Source: a bacterium
GTDB lineage: Bacteria; Hinthialibacterota; Hinthialibacteria; Hinthialibacterales; Hinthialibacteraceae
Length of the DNA stretch: 64,000 nucleotides
Reading direction: 5' to 3'
Assembly: GCA_041946805.1 (NCBI GenBank)
Contig: JBHGBC010000012.1
Coordinates: 1-64,000, forward strand
The position numbers and the translations under genes are program-made. The notes below the pieces were generated by a model, which saw only the letters and a program-made list of their open reading frames with translations, did not search any database and was not told the DNA's origin. Shown here piece after piece: positions 1-9,996 of the stretch (its first letter is position 1; every line of letters starts with the position of its first letter).

Positions 1-1
1 G

Positions 2-295
2 CGGTTCCGCTCGCCGGGCCGGGCGGCGGACGGCATAGCGGCGGAGTTTGCCGGCTGGGGCATTCCCACCGCCGCATCGATCAGGATGGCGCGGAGGGGC
101 GCGCCGGGTGGGGCAATCATTGCCAGCGGCGGCATCAGGAGCGGCATGGATGTTGCCAAGGCCATCGCCCTCGGGGCGGACGCGGCGGGCATCGCTAAGC
201 CGCTGCTCAAGGCCGCCTATATATCGGCTGAAGAGACCATTGCCTATCTGCAAAAGATAACGGAGGTATTGAAGCTGGCCATGTTCTGCCTGGGA
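2..295 (+). CDS. fni: C-terminal part of type 2 isopentenyl-diphosphate isomerase, open at the window edge and joined in frame to an MFS ORF
   Basis: Frame reads FAGWGIPTAASI...IIASGGIRSGMDVAKAIALGADAAGIAKPLL...LKLAMFCLG, the typical IDI-2 C-terminus. No stop codon follows it. Confidence 0.8.
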
Positions 296-1261
296 CAAGC
301 GTCCAGTTATACGCTGGCGGTGCTGGCCTGCCTGTTTTTAGGCGTCGGCAGCATGTTCATGAACACGGCCGGCAACGTGTTGCTGGGCAATCCCCAAATA
401 TTGTATGAGGACGCCGCGCGGTCGGCCAACATGGGGAACGTATTCTTTGGCGTGGGGGCTTTCTGCGCGCCGTTCCTGACCGCCTTGTTTTTCAAGAAAA
501 CGTCCTTTAACAACACGCTCACCATCATGGCGGTGATCTTGTTGATCCCGTTGATTTTCGCCATCGCCGGCACGTTCCCGGCCGCCGGCGGCAATTTCAG
601 CGCCAGCGCCGCGGCGGCCCTGATCGGGCAATCGCAAATCATCCTCTGCGCCCTGGCCCTGATGTGCTACATCGCCCTGGAAGTCTCCATGGCGGGCTGG
701 ATCACCACCTACATGACCAGCGTGGGCGCGGATGAAACCAAGGCCTCGCAGGCCCTGTCGTTCTTCTCGGTGGCGATCATGGCCGGCCGTCTCTTCACCG
801 CCCTGGTCATCGGTGGATACCTGAACCTGGCGGCCGATGGGCAATGGTTCGTGGCCGGATTGGCCTTGGTGGCCGCCATCGTGATTTACTCGATGCGCAC
901 TGTCAATACCATCGGCACCGCGACCCTCATGGTCATCCTGATCGGCTTGCTGTTCGCCCCCATGTTCCCGACCATCGCGGGCCTGATGTTCGCGCGCACC
1001 GATCCCAGCGTGCAGGGCACGGGCTTCAGCATCATCTTCGCCATCGGCTTGATCGGCGCGATCTTCGTGCCGGCTTACATGGGCGCCATCTCCAGCGGGC
1101 CGGGCAAAACCATCAAGGACAGCATGGTGGTGGCCGCCGCGGTCGCCGCCGTGCTGGTGGTGATCGCCCTCATCATGGGTGTGGCGCTGCCGGAACCGTT
1201 GGCGGCGGCCCCGGCCGCCGTGGACGCCGCCACGCAAGCGGCCCAGACAGTCACTCAATAA
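296..1261 (+). CDS. MFS transporter, apparently lacking its N-terminal helices
   Basis: Multiple hydrophobic helices with FFGVGAFCAP, YIALEVSMAGW, MAGRL and GLLFAPMFPT motifs of FucP/TsgA-like MFS. No separate start seen. Confidence 0.75.
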   Translation, partial: QASSYTLAVLACLFLGVGSMFMNTAGNVLLGNPQILYEDAARSANMGNVFFGVGAFCAPFLTALFFKKTSFNNTLTIMAVILLIPLIFAIAGTFPAAGGNFSASAAAALIGQSQIILCALALMCYIALEVSMAGWITTYMTSVGADETKASQALSFFSVAIMAGRLFTALVIGGYLNLAADGQWFVAGLALVAAIVIYSMRTVNTIGTATLMVILIGLLFAPMFPTIAGLMFARTDPSVQGTGFSIIFAIGLIGAIFVPAYMGAISSGPGKTIKDSMVVAAAVAAVLVVIALIMGVALPEPLAAAPAAVDAATQAAQTVTQ

Positions 1262-1285
1262 ACCAACACCCGGAAATCGTCCAGA

Positions 1286-1320
1286 CCAGCGGGGGCGTGG
1301 CACGGCCGCGCCCCCGCTGG
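1286..1320. repeat. GC-rich hairpin (REP-like or terminator-like)
   Basis: CCAGCGGGGGCGTGGC-ACG-GCCGCGCCCCCGCTGG, 25 nt after the MFS stop. No U-tract. Confidence 0.6.
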
Positions 1321-1372
1321 GCTTGATAGGGGGGAACACGGTGGGCATCCCGGCGCCCGCATCCTTTACCGG

Positions 1373-1408
1373 CTTTTCGTCCTTGCGTTCTTTGCGTTCT
1401 TTTCGATG
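1373..1408. repeat. Degenerate 9-bp tandem repeat (TTTGCGTTC type)
   Basis: cttttcgtc cttgcgttc tttgcgttc ttttcgatg. Confidence 0.6.
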
Positions 1409-1825
1409 CATTCCATCCCTTGATTCTATTCCCCCCCTTGTCCGCCCTTCCGGCTCCGCCCCGGCGGGGCAACGATTCCGAAGCCAGGGGTACTATTCCG
1501 GCCGTCCATTCCGGGCGCAATCCCCCAAAATCTGAACATCCCTATGTCCATGGCGGGGTTATGTGATAATAGTCAACATCAAAATCCAACAAGGGAAGGA
1601 TGAACCGCCCCCAACTGGTTTTACGATCCTGATTTCCATGAACTGGCGGAGGAGGGAAACGGGATGGAGTCTGGCCGGCGCGCGGGGATTCAATCGTGGA
1701 CATCGAGTTGGAATTGCGGAAGTCAGTCCCGTGGACATGAGAACAGGTCTTCCAATCGAGCCGCCATGGGGAGCAACCAATCGCGGGACAGAACTGTGCT
1801 TCATTCCTCGTGAGGAGAATAGAGA

Positions 1826-2407
1826 ATGATCCAGAAAGAGAAAGCCTTTACCCTGATCGAATTGCTGATCGTGGTGGCGATCATCGGGATTCTGGCGGCG
1901 ATCGCGGTGCCCAATTTCCTCAACGCCCAGATGCGGGCAACCCTGGCCCGCTGCTACGCGGATTTGAAGGCGCTGTACAACGCCATGGAAATGTACCGCC
2001 TGGATCATAACTCTTATGTGTTGGATTACGACAGCGGGGCGGTGCCCGGCGTATCCGGCGTCAGCATGAATGAATATCTGACCTATTCCAAACTGACCAC
2101 GCCGACCGCCTACATGAATTCGATCCCCGTGGATCCGTATTTCCTGACCCCGGTCACCCGCGGGCAGCATTTAAAGGCGTATCCGTACTTCCAATACGCC
2201 GGACCGCACAGCGGGGTGGAATCGCCCCGCCCTCTCTGGCATCCCAGCGGAACGATTTACACCATGACCAGCCTGGGGCCGGACAAAAGCGACCAGCAAG
2301 CCTGGAGTTATCCGCACGATCAGGCATCCAAGGTCAGTTTCAACGCCACCAACGGATTGCGTTCGCCGGGTGACATTTACATGTCTAACAAGGGATTGGT
2401 GCAGTAA
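1826..2407 (+). CDS. Prepilin-type N-terminal cleavage/methylation domain protein
   Basis: KEKA|FTLIELLIVVAIIGILAAIAVPNF class III signal peptide. GAGGAG RBS upstream. Confidence 0.9.
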   Translation: MIQKEKAFTLIELLIVVAIIGILAAIAVPNFLNAQMRATLARCYADLKALYNAMEMYRLDHNSYVLDYDSGAVPGVSGVSMNEYLTYSKLTTPTAYMNSIPVDPYFLTPVTRGQHLKAYPYFQYAGPHSGVESPRPLWHPSGTIYTMTSLGPDKSDQQAWSYPHDQASKVSFNATNGLRSPGDIYMSNKGLVQ

Positions 2408-2654
2408 AGTCATTTGGAGAGGCGGCGAAAATTTACCTGTATTTTTCCGCGGGAGCCCCTCTTTTCTCAAGCCGGAATCATTTCCCTGCCCCCCTCCGGA
2501 GTTTGACGCGGGTAATTCACCCGCATGGTCCGTTCCATCCTTCGATTTTTTTCCCCGCATTGCCCGCCTACCCGGCTCCGTCCCGCGGGGGGTAATCCGA
2601 AACCCGCCTGGTGTATAATCCCGGATGCTCCTTCTCCAGAGGAGGCAAACCGCG

Positions 2655-3380
2655 ATGCGTGGATTCTTTATCACGGGCACGGATACGGAAATCGGAAAAA
2701 CCCTGGTCACGGCGTTGCTGGCGGCGGGGCTGCGGGAGCGGGGGATCGCGTGCCGCCCGGTCAAGCCCTTGGGGGCGGGGGGCGTGATGGTGGAGGGCCG
2801 GCGCGTCTCGGGAGACGCGATCGTTTACCAAAAGCTGGGAGGCCTGCAGGCGCCCCTGGCGGATCTCAATCCCCTCTGCCTGGAGCGCCCCGCTTCACCC
2901 CATTTCGCGGCGGAGCAGGCGGGGATCACCCTTGTTCCGGGGGATCTCCTCGCGCCTCTGCGAGCCATGGCGGAGCGGGACGCTTATCTGCTCGTGGAGG
3001 GCGTCGGCGGGTGGCTGACGCCGATCACCCATGACTACACCGTGGCGGATTTCGCCCGCGATTCAGGCTTGCCGGTCTTGGTGGTCTCGGCGAACCGGCT
3101 GGGGACCTTGAATCATACGCTGCTGACGTTGGAATCGATCCGCGGGCGGGGCCTGGAGACCGCGGGGGTGATTTTCACGCATCCCCATGCCGGGAGTGAG
3201 GCGGACATGGCGGCCAACAACGTGGAGACCATCCGGCGCATGGGCAAAGTGGAGATACTGGGGAATATTCCTTACCTGGGAGAATGCGTCGAAGAACGTT
3301 CTGATCCCGAGACGATTGGGGAAACAGTCAAGGATGCTTTTTCATGGGAACGGATCATTCAAAAACTGCATACTCAATAG
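2655..3380 (+). CDS. bioD: Dethiobiotin synthase
   Basis: FITGTDTEIGKT P-loop, VEGVGG and LGTLNHTLLT motifs. GGAGG RBS at 2641. Confidence 0.95.
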   Translation: MRGFFITGTDTEIGKTLVTALLAAGLRERGIACRPVKPLGAGGVMVEGRRVSGDAIVYQKLGGLQAPLADLNPLCLERPASPHFAAEQAGITLVPGDLLAPLRAMAERDAYLLVEGVGGWLTPITHDYTVADFARDSGLPVLVVSANRLGTLNHTLLTLESIRGRGLETAGVIFTHPHAGSEADMAANNVETIRRMGKVEILGNIPYLGECVEERSDPETIGETVKDAFSWERIIQKLHTQ

Positions 3381-4735
3381 AAGAAATCCAACGGCTCGAG
3401 GCCTGGGACCAGCAATACGTCTGGCATCCCTTCACCCAGATGAAGGAATACGTCCAGGAACCGGCGCTGATCTTCGCGCGGGGCGAGGGAGCGTATTTGT
3501 ACGACATCCACGGGAAAAAATACTTTGACGGCAACGCCTCCCTCTGGGTCAACCTGCACGGGCACGGCCGGCGGGAAATCACCGAGGCCATCGCGGCGCA
3601 GGCGGCGCAGCTGGCGCATTCGACCCTGCTGGGGCCGGGGAACGTGCCCTCCATCGAGCTGGCCCGGCGGCTGATTGAAATCGCGCCGCGGGGCCTGGCC
3701 AAGGTGTTTTACTCGGACAACGGCTCGACGGCGGTGGAAGTGGCGCTGAAGATGGCGTTCCAGTATTGGCAACAGGCGCGCGACCGCAAGCCGGGGAAGA
3801 TGAAATTCATCACGTTTGACGAAGCCTATCATGGCGACACCCTGGGCAGCGTGAGCGTGGGGGGGATGGAATTGTTTCATGGGATCTTCGGGCCGCTGTT
3901 GTTCGAACGGTACAGCGCGCCGTACCCGGTGTATTCGAAATATACATCGAAGGAGAGTCCGGTGGCCGTGGCGGGGCGTTCGCTGGAGGCTTGTGAACGC
4001 CTGATGAAGACGCATGGGGACGAGATGGCGGCGGTCATCGTCGAGCCCCTGGTGCAGGGGGCGGCGGGACAGCGCACGGCGGCCCCGGGATTCCTGAAAG
4101 GTTTGCGCGAGCTATGCACATGCCATGAGGTGTTGCTCATCTGCGACGAGGTGTTTTTGGGATTCGGGCGCACCGGCCGCATGTTCGCCTGCGAGCATGA
4201 AACGGTGACGCCGGACCTGATGGCGCTGGCCAAGGGCATTACGGGGGGATACTTGCCCCTGGCCGCGACTCTGACCACCCAGCGGGTGTACGAAGCCTTT
4301 TGGGGAGATTACGCGGAGTTCAAGACCTTTTTCCACGGGCACAGCTACACGGGGAACCAATTGGGTTGCGCGGCGGCGCTGGCCAGCCTCGATCTGTTCG
4401 AAAAGGATGAAACACTCAACCGTCTGCCCTCCAAGATCTTCCATTTAGAAAAGCGGCTGGACGCGTTGTTCGAGACGAGCGATCACGTGGGCGATATTCA
4501 TCAATGCGGATTCGTGGCGGGCATCGACCTGGTGAAAAGCCGTGAGCGGGGAGAGACATACCCGGTGGAGGAAAAAATCGGATATCGCATTTGTTTCGCG
4601 CTGCGGGATTACGGCATCTGGCTGCGGCCGTTGGGCAACACGCTGGTGCTGGTTCCGCCGCTGATCACCACGATCGCGGAGATCGATTCTTTGATCGATG
4701 CGATCGAACAATGCGTGCGGGAGAATTTGGGGTGA
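3344..4735 (+). CDS. bioA: Adenosylmethionine-8-amino-7-oxononanoate transaminase
   Basis: VWHPFTQM, DNGSTAVEVALKMA, AYHGDT, DEV, AKGITGGYLPL and FFHGHSYTGN motifs. Adjacent to bioD. Confidence 0.95.
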   Translation: MGTDHSKTAYSIEEIQRLEAWDQQYVWHPFTQMKEYVQEPALIFARGEGAYLYDIHGKKYFDGNASLWVNLHGHGRREITEAIAAQAAQLAHSTLLGPGNVPSIELARRLIEIAPRGLAKVFYSDNGSTAVEVALKMAFQYWQQARDRKPGKMKFITFDEAYHGDTLGSVSVGGMELFHGIFGPLLFERYSAPYPVYSKYTSKESPVAVAGRSLEACERLMKTHGDEMAAVIVEPLVQGAAGQRTAAPGFLKGLRELCTCHEVLLICDEVFLGFGRTGRMFACEHETVTPDLMALAKGITGGYLPLAATLTTQRVYEAFWGDYAEFKTFFHGHSYTGNQLGCAAALASLDLFEKDETLNRLPSKIFHLEKRLDALFETSDHVGDIHQCGFVAGIDLVKSRERGETYPVEEKIGYRICFALRDYGIWLRPLGNTLVLVPPLITTIAEIDSLIDAIEQCVRENLG

Positions 4736-4867
4736 ACAAAATCTTGCCGGTGACCTGGGAAAAAAGCAGGGGGGGTTGAGTGTAACGAAATCCACCAAAA
4801 CTACCGGCACACACCCCTGACTCATACCCTGCGTAAAATCCCTGGCCCAATAATCCGGGGACTTCCT

Positions 4868-6724
4868 TTATTTTTTCTCGAATTGCTCCGAGTACGGCGT
4901 GGTGATGCGGTAGGTCTGGCTGAGAAAGCGGATCTGCTCGAGCAGTTCGGGGCGTTCGCCTTCCTGCACCATCTGGCCCACGATGTGATAAATCTTGTGA
5001 AACGCCCATTGCCGCGCGAGTTCGTAGGTCCCATTGTCGCTCTCGGGAACCGGCAGTTCGATCACGATTTCCTTGTGTTCGTCATAAGCCTCGCCGAGGA
5101 GCCGCAGCGTGATGCTCTTCTGATTCTGCAGCCGCCCCCAGATCCGGAGATCGCCCTTGAGGAACAGCTGGGGCAGCCGCTTGGGAAAGATCTCGGTTTC
5201 ATCCACGCCCTGGAACGACGCCGTGACCTGCAACAAAAGCGGATCCTCGATATACCCGAACACGGATTGGATCACGTCCGGCAGCCCTTCCCGGTTCTTC
5301 TCGAAAGCCACCAGCCCCCGGTTGCGGAACGCGAGCATGTCGAGCAGGTACTGGTTGAGGTAATCGCCCGTGCCGACGCAGAAAATGGAGGTGCTGGGGC
5401 CCTGGTAGCGGGTCAGGTTGTTGATGATCTTGCGGCTGTTGATCACGCCCACCGTGGGGCGCCCGTCGCTGTACAACAACAGGATCAACGGCCGCGCGCG
5501 CTCGGTTCCGAGTTTCATCAGCGGTTCGAGCGACGCGTAAATGTCGGTGCGGCCGGACGATTGCAACGACCGGGTGAACTGCCAGGCCGCCGTCCGGGTT
5601 TCCTCCGTGACCGGCGACAAGGCGGGCACGAGCTGTTTGACGTTCTGCTTGAATCCGACCACGTTGAACCGGTCTTCCGGCCGCAGGCGGCCGATCAGAT
5701 TGCGGATTTCATGCTTGATGGCGTCCAGCCGCTTGCTCCCCATGCTGCCGGACGCGTCCAGCACGAAAACGACATCCTTGGGCAGCACGGGCAGGCGTTT
5801 GTCCGTGGTGATCGGCCGGATGAGGACCATGAAATAGCCATCGCCGCCCACATGACGGTAGGTATAAAGATCCACCTGCAACAAATCGTCCAGCGAGACG
5901 AAGCGGTCTTTCAGTTCGTTTTTGGCTTCCTCTTCCACCTGCAGGGTGGCGGGCGCGGGATTGGGATGGATCAATTCCGGCGAGGGAAGCAATTCGGTGA
6001 CCGGCGGCAACACGATCGGCGGTTGGGAGATCTCCAGAGGCGGGGCCGCGGGGGGCCGGTTCTTTTCCAGAACGGAACCGAGGGACTGAATCACCGCGGG
6101 CTCCTCGCCTAAAACCGGTTTGGGCAGGTTGGCCAGCAACCGCTCTTGCGTGCCGGGGCCGCGCCCGGTGAGTGGAATGCGGTTGGTCTCGATGGAGCTG
6201 ATCACGGCGCCGCGGCCGAGTTCGGATTCCAATTCCTGAATCGTCCGCCGGCTGATGTCGGTGGTGATCAATTGTCGGGCGGCCTGATCGTCCGGAAAGA
6301 GACCGGGATCCATGGCGCCGCCCCCGTCCGGTGTTTCGCCAGCCGCCGGTGGAAGTTCCGCGGCGGGGGGTTCGGGCGCCAGTGATTCAATCTCCCGTTG
6401 CACCGCGCCGGGGTTGATTTGCGAAAGCGCGATGATTTGCTCTTCCAGGGCTTGCCGGCGTTCATCCCGCAGCTGGGCGGCCGACGGCCGTGAGACAAAA
6501 TCCCGTGATTCGAGCTGCTGCAGGCTGACCTTGAACAAGGTTTCCACTTGCTTCTCGGTTTGACGGATGTCGCCGACTTTCCAGACCGTCGAGTAATATA
6601 GAAACATCCCGTGCAGCGCCAGGGAAACCGCCAGGCAGATCCACAACAGCAGGTCCCACCGCTTCCGGACCGGGAAGGAAGGGCCAGCGGCCTGCGTATC
6701 GAGATAGTCCAGGATTCGGCTCAT
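4868..6724 (-). CDS. Membrane-anchored VWA-domain protein with TonB/TolA-like N-terminus
   Basis: N-terminal TM helix with SLALH, Pro/Glu-rich linker, and VWA MIDAS (DVVFVLDASGSM...T...SDG). Confidence 0.85.
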   Translation of the reverse strand: MSRILDYLDTQAAGPSFPVRKRWDLLLWICLAVSLALHGMFLYYSTVWKVGDIRQTEKQVETLFKVSLQQLESRDFVSRPSAAQLRDERRQALEEQIIALSQINPGAVQREIESLAPEPPAAELPPAAGETPDGGGAMDPGLFPDDQAARQLITTDISRRTIQELESELGRGAVISSIETNRIPLTGRGPGTQERLLANLPKPVLGEEPAVIQSLGSVLEKNRPPAAPPLEISQPPIVLPPVTELLPSPELIHPNPAPATLQVEEEAKNELKDRFVSLDDLLQVDLYTYRHVGGDGYFMVLIRPITTDKRLPVLPKDVVFVLDASGSMGSKRLDAIKHEIRNLIGRLRPEDRFNVVGFKQNVKQLVPALSPVTEETRTAAWQFTRSLQSSGRTDIYASLEPLMKLGTERARPLILLLYSDGRPTVGVINSRKIINNLTRYQGPSTSIFCVGTGDYLNQYLLDMLAFRNRGLVAFEKNREGLPDVIQSVFGYIEDPLLLQVTASFQGVDETEIFPKRLPQLFLKGDLRIWGRLQNQKSITLRLLGEAYDEHKEIVIELPVPESDNGTYELARQWAFHKIYHIVGQMVQEGERPELLEQIRFLSQTYRITTPYSEQFEKK

Positions 6725-6742
6725 GGTTAGGTGCGGCTTTCG

Positions 6743-9301
6743 TCAATTGGCTGGTGTCGCGGATTTCGCTTCTCCGGCGGCCGCGCCTTGCGGAACCGGG
6801 AAATCGAACTCCTCCCGGGCTTTTTGGGCCCATTCCGAGGAAGGATACCGCTTCAACAGTTCGTTAAAGAAATTCCGCGCTTCGGTGTTTTCCCCTAATT
6901 TTCTGTGACAACGGATGCTGCGGTACATGGCCTCGGGGGTTAGTTCGGGATGGTCGTAGATGATCGCCACCCGCAGAAACGACTCCAGGGCATCGCCGGG
7001 CCGGTCCAGGCTTTCCAGCAGCCGGCCGCGGTCCACGTACAGCGTGGCTTCGAAGGCGGGTTCCGGATTGCCCATTTTTTGCAGTTCCACCAAACTTTTT
7101 TCGTACCATTCCAGCGCCTTGGCCTGTTCCCCGATGCCTTCGTATCCCTGGGCCAGGCTCCAGTAGATCTCCGGCTTGAAGAGGCTTTCCGGAAATGTTT
7201 GGACGAACGCCTCCCCGTTGGCGATGGCTTCCTTCCATTGCTTCAGCGCCACCCGCTGGTTGCCGATGGCGATCAGGGCGCGTTCGCGGATGGCGGGCTG
7301 GTCGAAGATCACCAGGGCGCGTCCGGCGATTTTCAGGGCCTCGGCGTGATCGTTCTTTTCATCCGCCTGGAGAATCATCCAGAACAGCACTTCGGCGGGA
7401 AGTTGATTCCCTTTTTCGCTGAACAGCACGGTGTGAAAGCCTTCATAGGCCGGGCCGAAATCCTTGGCCGCGTAATCGCAAAGCGCCTTGCGCAGCCGCA
7501 CTTCGTCCAGGTTGGGAAATTGGGGGTACTTCGCGATCAGCCGGCCGTAGGCGGCGGACGCCTCTTGTGTCCGGCCGGTGATTTCGTAAATGTAAGCCTG
7601 CCAGTACAGCGCATCGGATTTCTTGGCGTCACCCGGGGACCGTTCAAGGATCTCCTCCAGGGTTTTCAGGGCCGCGTCGTAGCGTTTCAACTGATAGTCG
7701 GACAAGGCTTTCCGGTAGAGCATGTCGGCTTTCGCTTCCAGGTCCGGATACGCCTGCAGAGCGCGGTCCGCGGCGGCGGCGGCCTTTTCGTAGTCCTTGG
7801 CGGCAAAGCGCGAATGGGCCGCCCAGACCATGGCGTCCCGGCGGCGGAGGGATTTGGGATATTTCTCCTGGTATTGTTCGAACAGATCCCCGGCTTCCTG
7901 GTAGCGGGAAGTGCGGTAATTCAGATCGGCCAGCAGATACAGGGCTTCTTCCCCATACTCGCCCGTGGGGTCCAGTTTCAAGACGAAATTCATCTCCCGG
8001 ATGGCGTTGTCGTATTCATTCCGCTGAGCGTAAATCTGACCCAGGAGAAAGTGGACATTGGCCCCCATGGCGGACGACAACTCCTGCCCCAGCAGGTTGC
8101 CGCATTCCGTCCGGGCTGCGTCGATCTGTCCCGAGAGATAATACGACCAGGCGAGCTGAAACCAGGCGCGCTCCTTGTATTCGCCCGCGTGGGGATGGGC
8201 GATGACCTCGCGGAAATAGAGAATCGCGCCGTCGTATTTTTTTTGTTGATACGAACAGGTCCCCTGCAGAAACAGGATACCCGCCAGCAGTTCCGGTGAC
8301 AGGGATTGGCGCTGGAGGGAGCTGGCGATTTCAAGCACCCGGGCGTAGTTTTTCTGCTGATATTCGGCCCACGCGGCTCCGTAGCGCGCCTTGGCCGATT
8401 CGGGGCCGGCCGGGTGGTCCTTCACGTAGGTCATGTAGGCGGCGGAGGCTTCGGCGTAGCGGTTCAGTTGATACAACACCTGGGCGGCCAGCAGTTGGGC
8501 GTCGGAGACCAGATTCGATCCCTCGGGGATGGGATACTTGGCCGGTTTTTGGGTCAACTCGGTCAGCAAAGGGATGGCGTCTTTTCCCGCATTCCGCTTG
8601 GCCAGCAGATCGGCCAGCAAATAGGTGGAAAAAGCGGCGTATTCGCCCTTGGGATACGTCGCCCGGATTTGCCGGTAGCGGGTTTCCGCCTCCTCCGCCT
8701 TGCCCAGCTTTTCCAGGCTGCGGGCGGAATAGAACAACGCCGCTTCGAGCAGGGCGGAATCCTTGCTTTCCTTGACGACCCGCTGGAGCGCCGTGGCTCC
8801 CGCCTGGGGATCATCCGACTTGTAGGATATCTCGCCCTGGCGCAGCAGGGCTTCGTGAATCCGTTCGCTTTGGGGAAACGCGCGGATAAATTCGGTAAAG
8901 ACACCCCGCGCCTTGAGATACGCCGCCTTGGCCTGGACGGGATTCTCTTTCTGTTCGCGGGCGGCCTGCTGATAGAACGATTCGCCCTGGCGGAACAGGG
9001 CGATCTCGCGCAGGCCGCTTTTCGGGTACTTGGTCAAAAATTCGCCGTATTGCTTGGCGGCGTTGTCGTACATTCCCCGCTGATACAAACCGTTGGCGAA
9101 ATCGAGTTCTTTTTGTTCGGCGGAGGGAACCGGGGCTTCGCCCGCCGCCGCGACGGACAGGTGGAGAAACGCAAGAGCAGCCAGCAAAGTGAGCGCCATG
9201 GCCGCGCGCCCGGCGGCGCTCCAGGCGCGAGCCACCCTCCGGCGGTTCGTTTTTCCTTCTCCCACATGGAAAACACCAGAATTCATCATGGTTCTATTCA
9301 T
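6743..9301 (-). CDS. Large exported tetratricopeptide-repeat protein (start uncertain)
   Basis: Hydrophobic signal-like segment followed by many TPR repeats with YP.S turns (BamD/CpoB-like). Confidence 0.85.
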   Translation of the reverse strand: MNRTMMNSGVFHVGEGKTNRRRVARAWSAAGRAAMALTLLAALAFLHLSVAAAGEAPVPSAEQKELDFANGLYQRGMYDNAAKQYGEFLTKYPKSGLREIALFRQGESFYQQAAREQKENPVQAKAAYLKARGVFTEFIRAFPQSERIHEALLRQGEISYKSDDPQAGATALQRVVKESKDSALLEAALFYSARSLEKLGKAEEAETRYRQIRATYPKGEYAAFSTYLLADLLAKRNAGKDAIPLLTELTQKPAKYPIPEGSNLVSDAQLLAAQVLYQLNRYAEASAAYMTYVKDHPAGPESAKARYGAAWAEYQQKNYARVLEIASSLQRQSLSPELLAGILFLQGTCSYQQKKYDGAILYFREVIAHPHAGEYKERAWFQLAWSYYLSGQIDAARTECGNLLGQELSSAMGANVHFLLGQIYAQRNEYDNAIREMNFVLKLDPTGEYGEEALYLLADLNYRTSRYQEAGDLFEQYQEKYPKSLRRRDAMVWAAHSRFAAKDYEKAAAAADRALQAYPDLEAKADMLYRKALSDYQLKRYDAALKTLEEILERSPGDAKKSDALYWQAYIYEITGRTQEASAAYGRLIAKYPQFPNLDEVRLRKALCDYAAKDFGPAYEGFHTVLFSEKGNQLPAEVLFWMILQADEKNDHAEALKIAGRALVIFDQPAIRERALIAIGNQRVALKQWKEAIANGEAFVQTFPESLFKPEIYWSLAQGYEGIGEQAKALEWYEKSLVELQKMGNPEPAFEATLYVDRGRLLESLDRPGDALESFLRVAIIYDHPELTPEAMYRSIRCHRKLGENTEARNFFNELLKRYPSSEWAQKAREEFDFPVPQGAAAGEAKSATPAN

Positions 9302-9362
9302 GGATTTTCATCGACTATTTACTCGGTTGCGGGATAGTAAGCACTGCGCCCTTTCAGGCCTT

Positions 9363-9394
9363 CCCTCACCCTAGCCCTCTCCCAGAGGGAGAGG
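9363..9394 (+). repeat. REP-like family A copy
   Basis: CCCTCACCCTAGCCCTCTCCCAGAGGGAGAGG. Confidence 0.85.
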
Positions 9395-9470
9395 ATAAAG
9401 GAGAGGGAAAGCATTCTCGCTCGCTTGCACTTTCCAAGTGTACCTATACCCCCGCAATTCAATTACTTGA

Positions 9471-9520
9471 GTCCCCTTCAGGGGACGGCCTTAAAGCCGC
9501 CCAGGATTTCAATCCTGGGC
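9471..9520. repeat. REP-like double hairpin
   Basis: GTCCCC-TTCA-GGGGAC and GCCCAGGATT-TC-AATCCTGGGC. Confidence 0.7.
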
Positions 9521-9537
9521 AAAATTTGATGTCCGCG

Positions 9538-9969
9538 TTACGGATTCTCCGCCCGCTCCTCCAGGGGCAGGGCGGCGAACGAGACGTTCCACACCCCCGA
9601 CTTGGCGCAGACATCCAGGACATGCACGGCGTACTCCAGATACGCTCTCCGGTCTCCCCGGATAATAACGGATTGGTCGGGATATTGTTTCGCGATCCGG
9701 GACAGCAACAGGTGAAGCTGATCGGAGGTGATCTGCCGTTGATTGACGATCAAGGTTCCATCATACCGCAGGTTAACGATTAGTTCGCCCAGTCCCCGCT
9801 TGGGGGTCACGCCCGACTCGGCGCTGGGCACGGTGATCGACATTTCATTTTCCAGCCGGGCGTACACCGAGGTGGTGATGAAGAAGATCAATAGCAAAAA
9901 GACGCAATCGATCATCGGGGCCATCGGGATGATCGGTTCTTCCTCTTTCATGCGGGATAAAAAATCCAT
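9538..9969 (-). CDS. ExbD/TolR family protein
   Basis: IPMAPMIDCVFLLLIFF with the conserved Asp, and VIIRGDRR. Confidence 0.93.
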   Translation of the reverse strand: MDFLSRMKEEEPIIPMAPMIDCVFLLLIFFITTSVYARLENEMSITVPSAESGVTPKRGLGELIVNLRYDGTLIVNQRQITSDQLHLLLSRIAKQYPDQSVIIRGDRRAYLEYAVHVLDVCAKSGVWNVSFAALPLEERAENP

Positions 9970-9996
9970 GCGGAACGCCTCCTTGGGAACTCCGGA

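Noticed and set aside
4883..9337. Long + strand ORFs (409, 449 and 343 aa) opposite the VWA and TPR genes
   Set aside because: These are antisense shadows typical of high-GC codon bias and show no motifs. The same applies to 37002-38414, 40087-41475 and 44212-45369.
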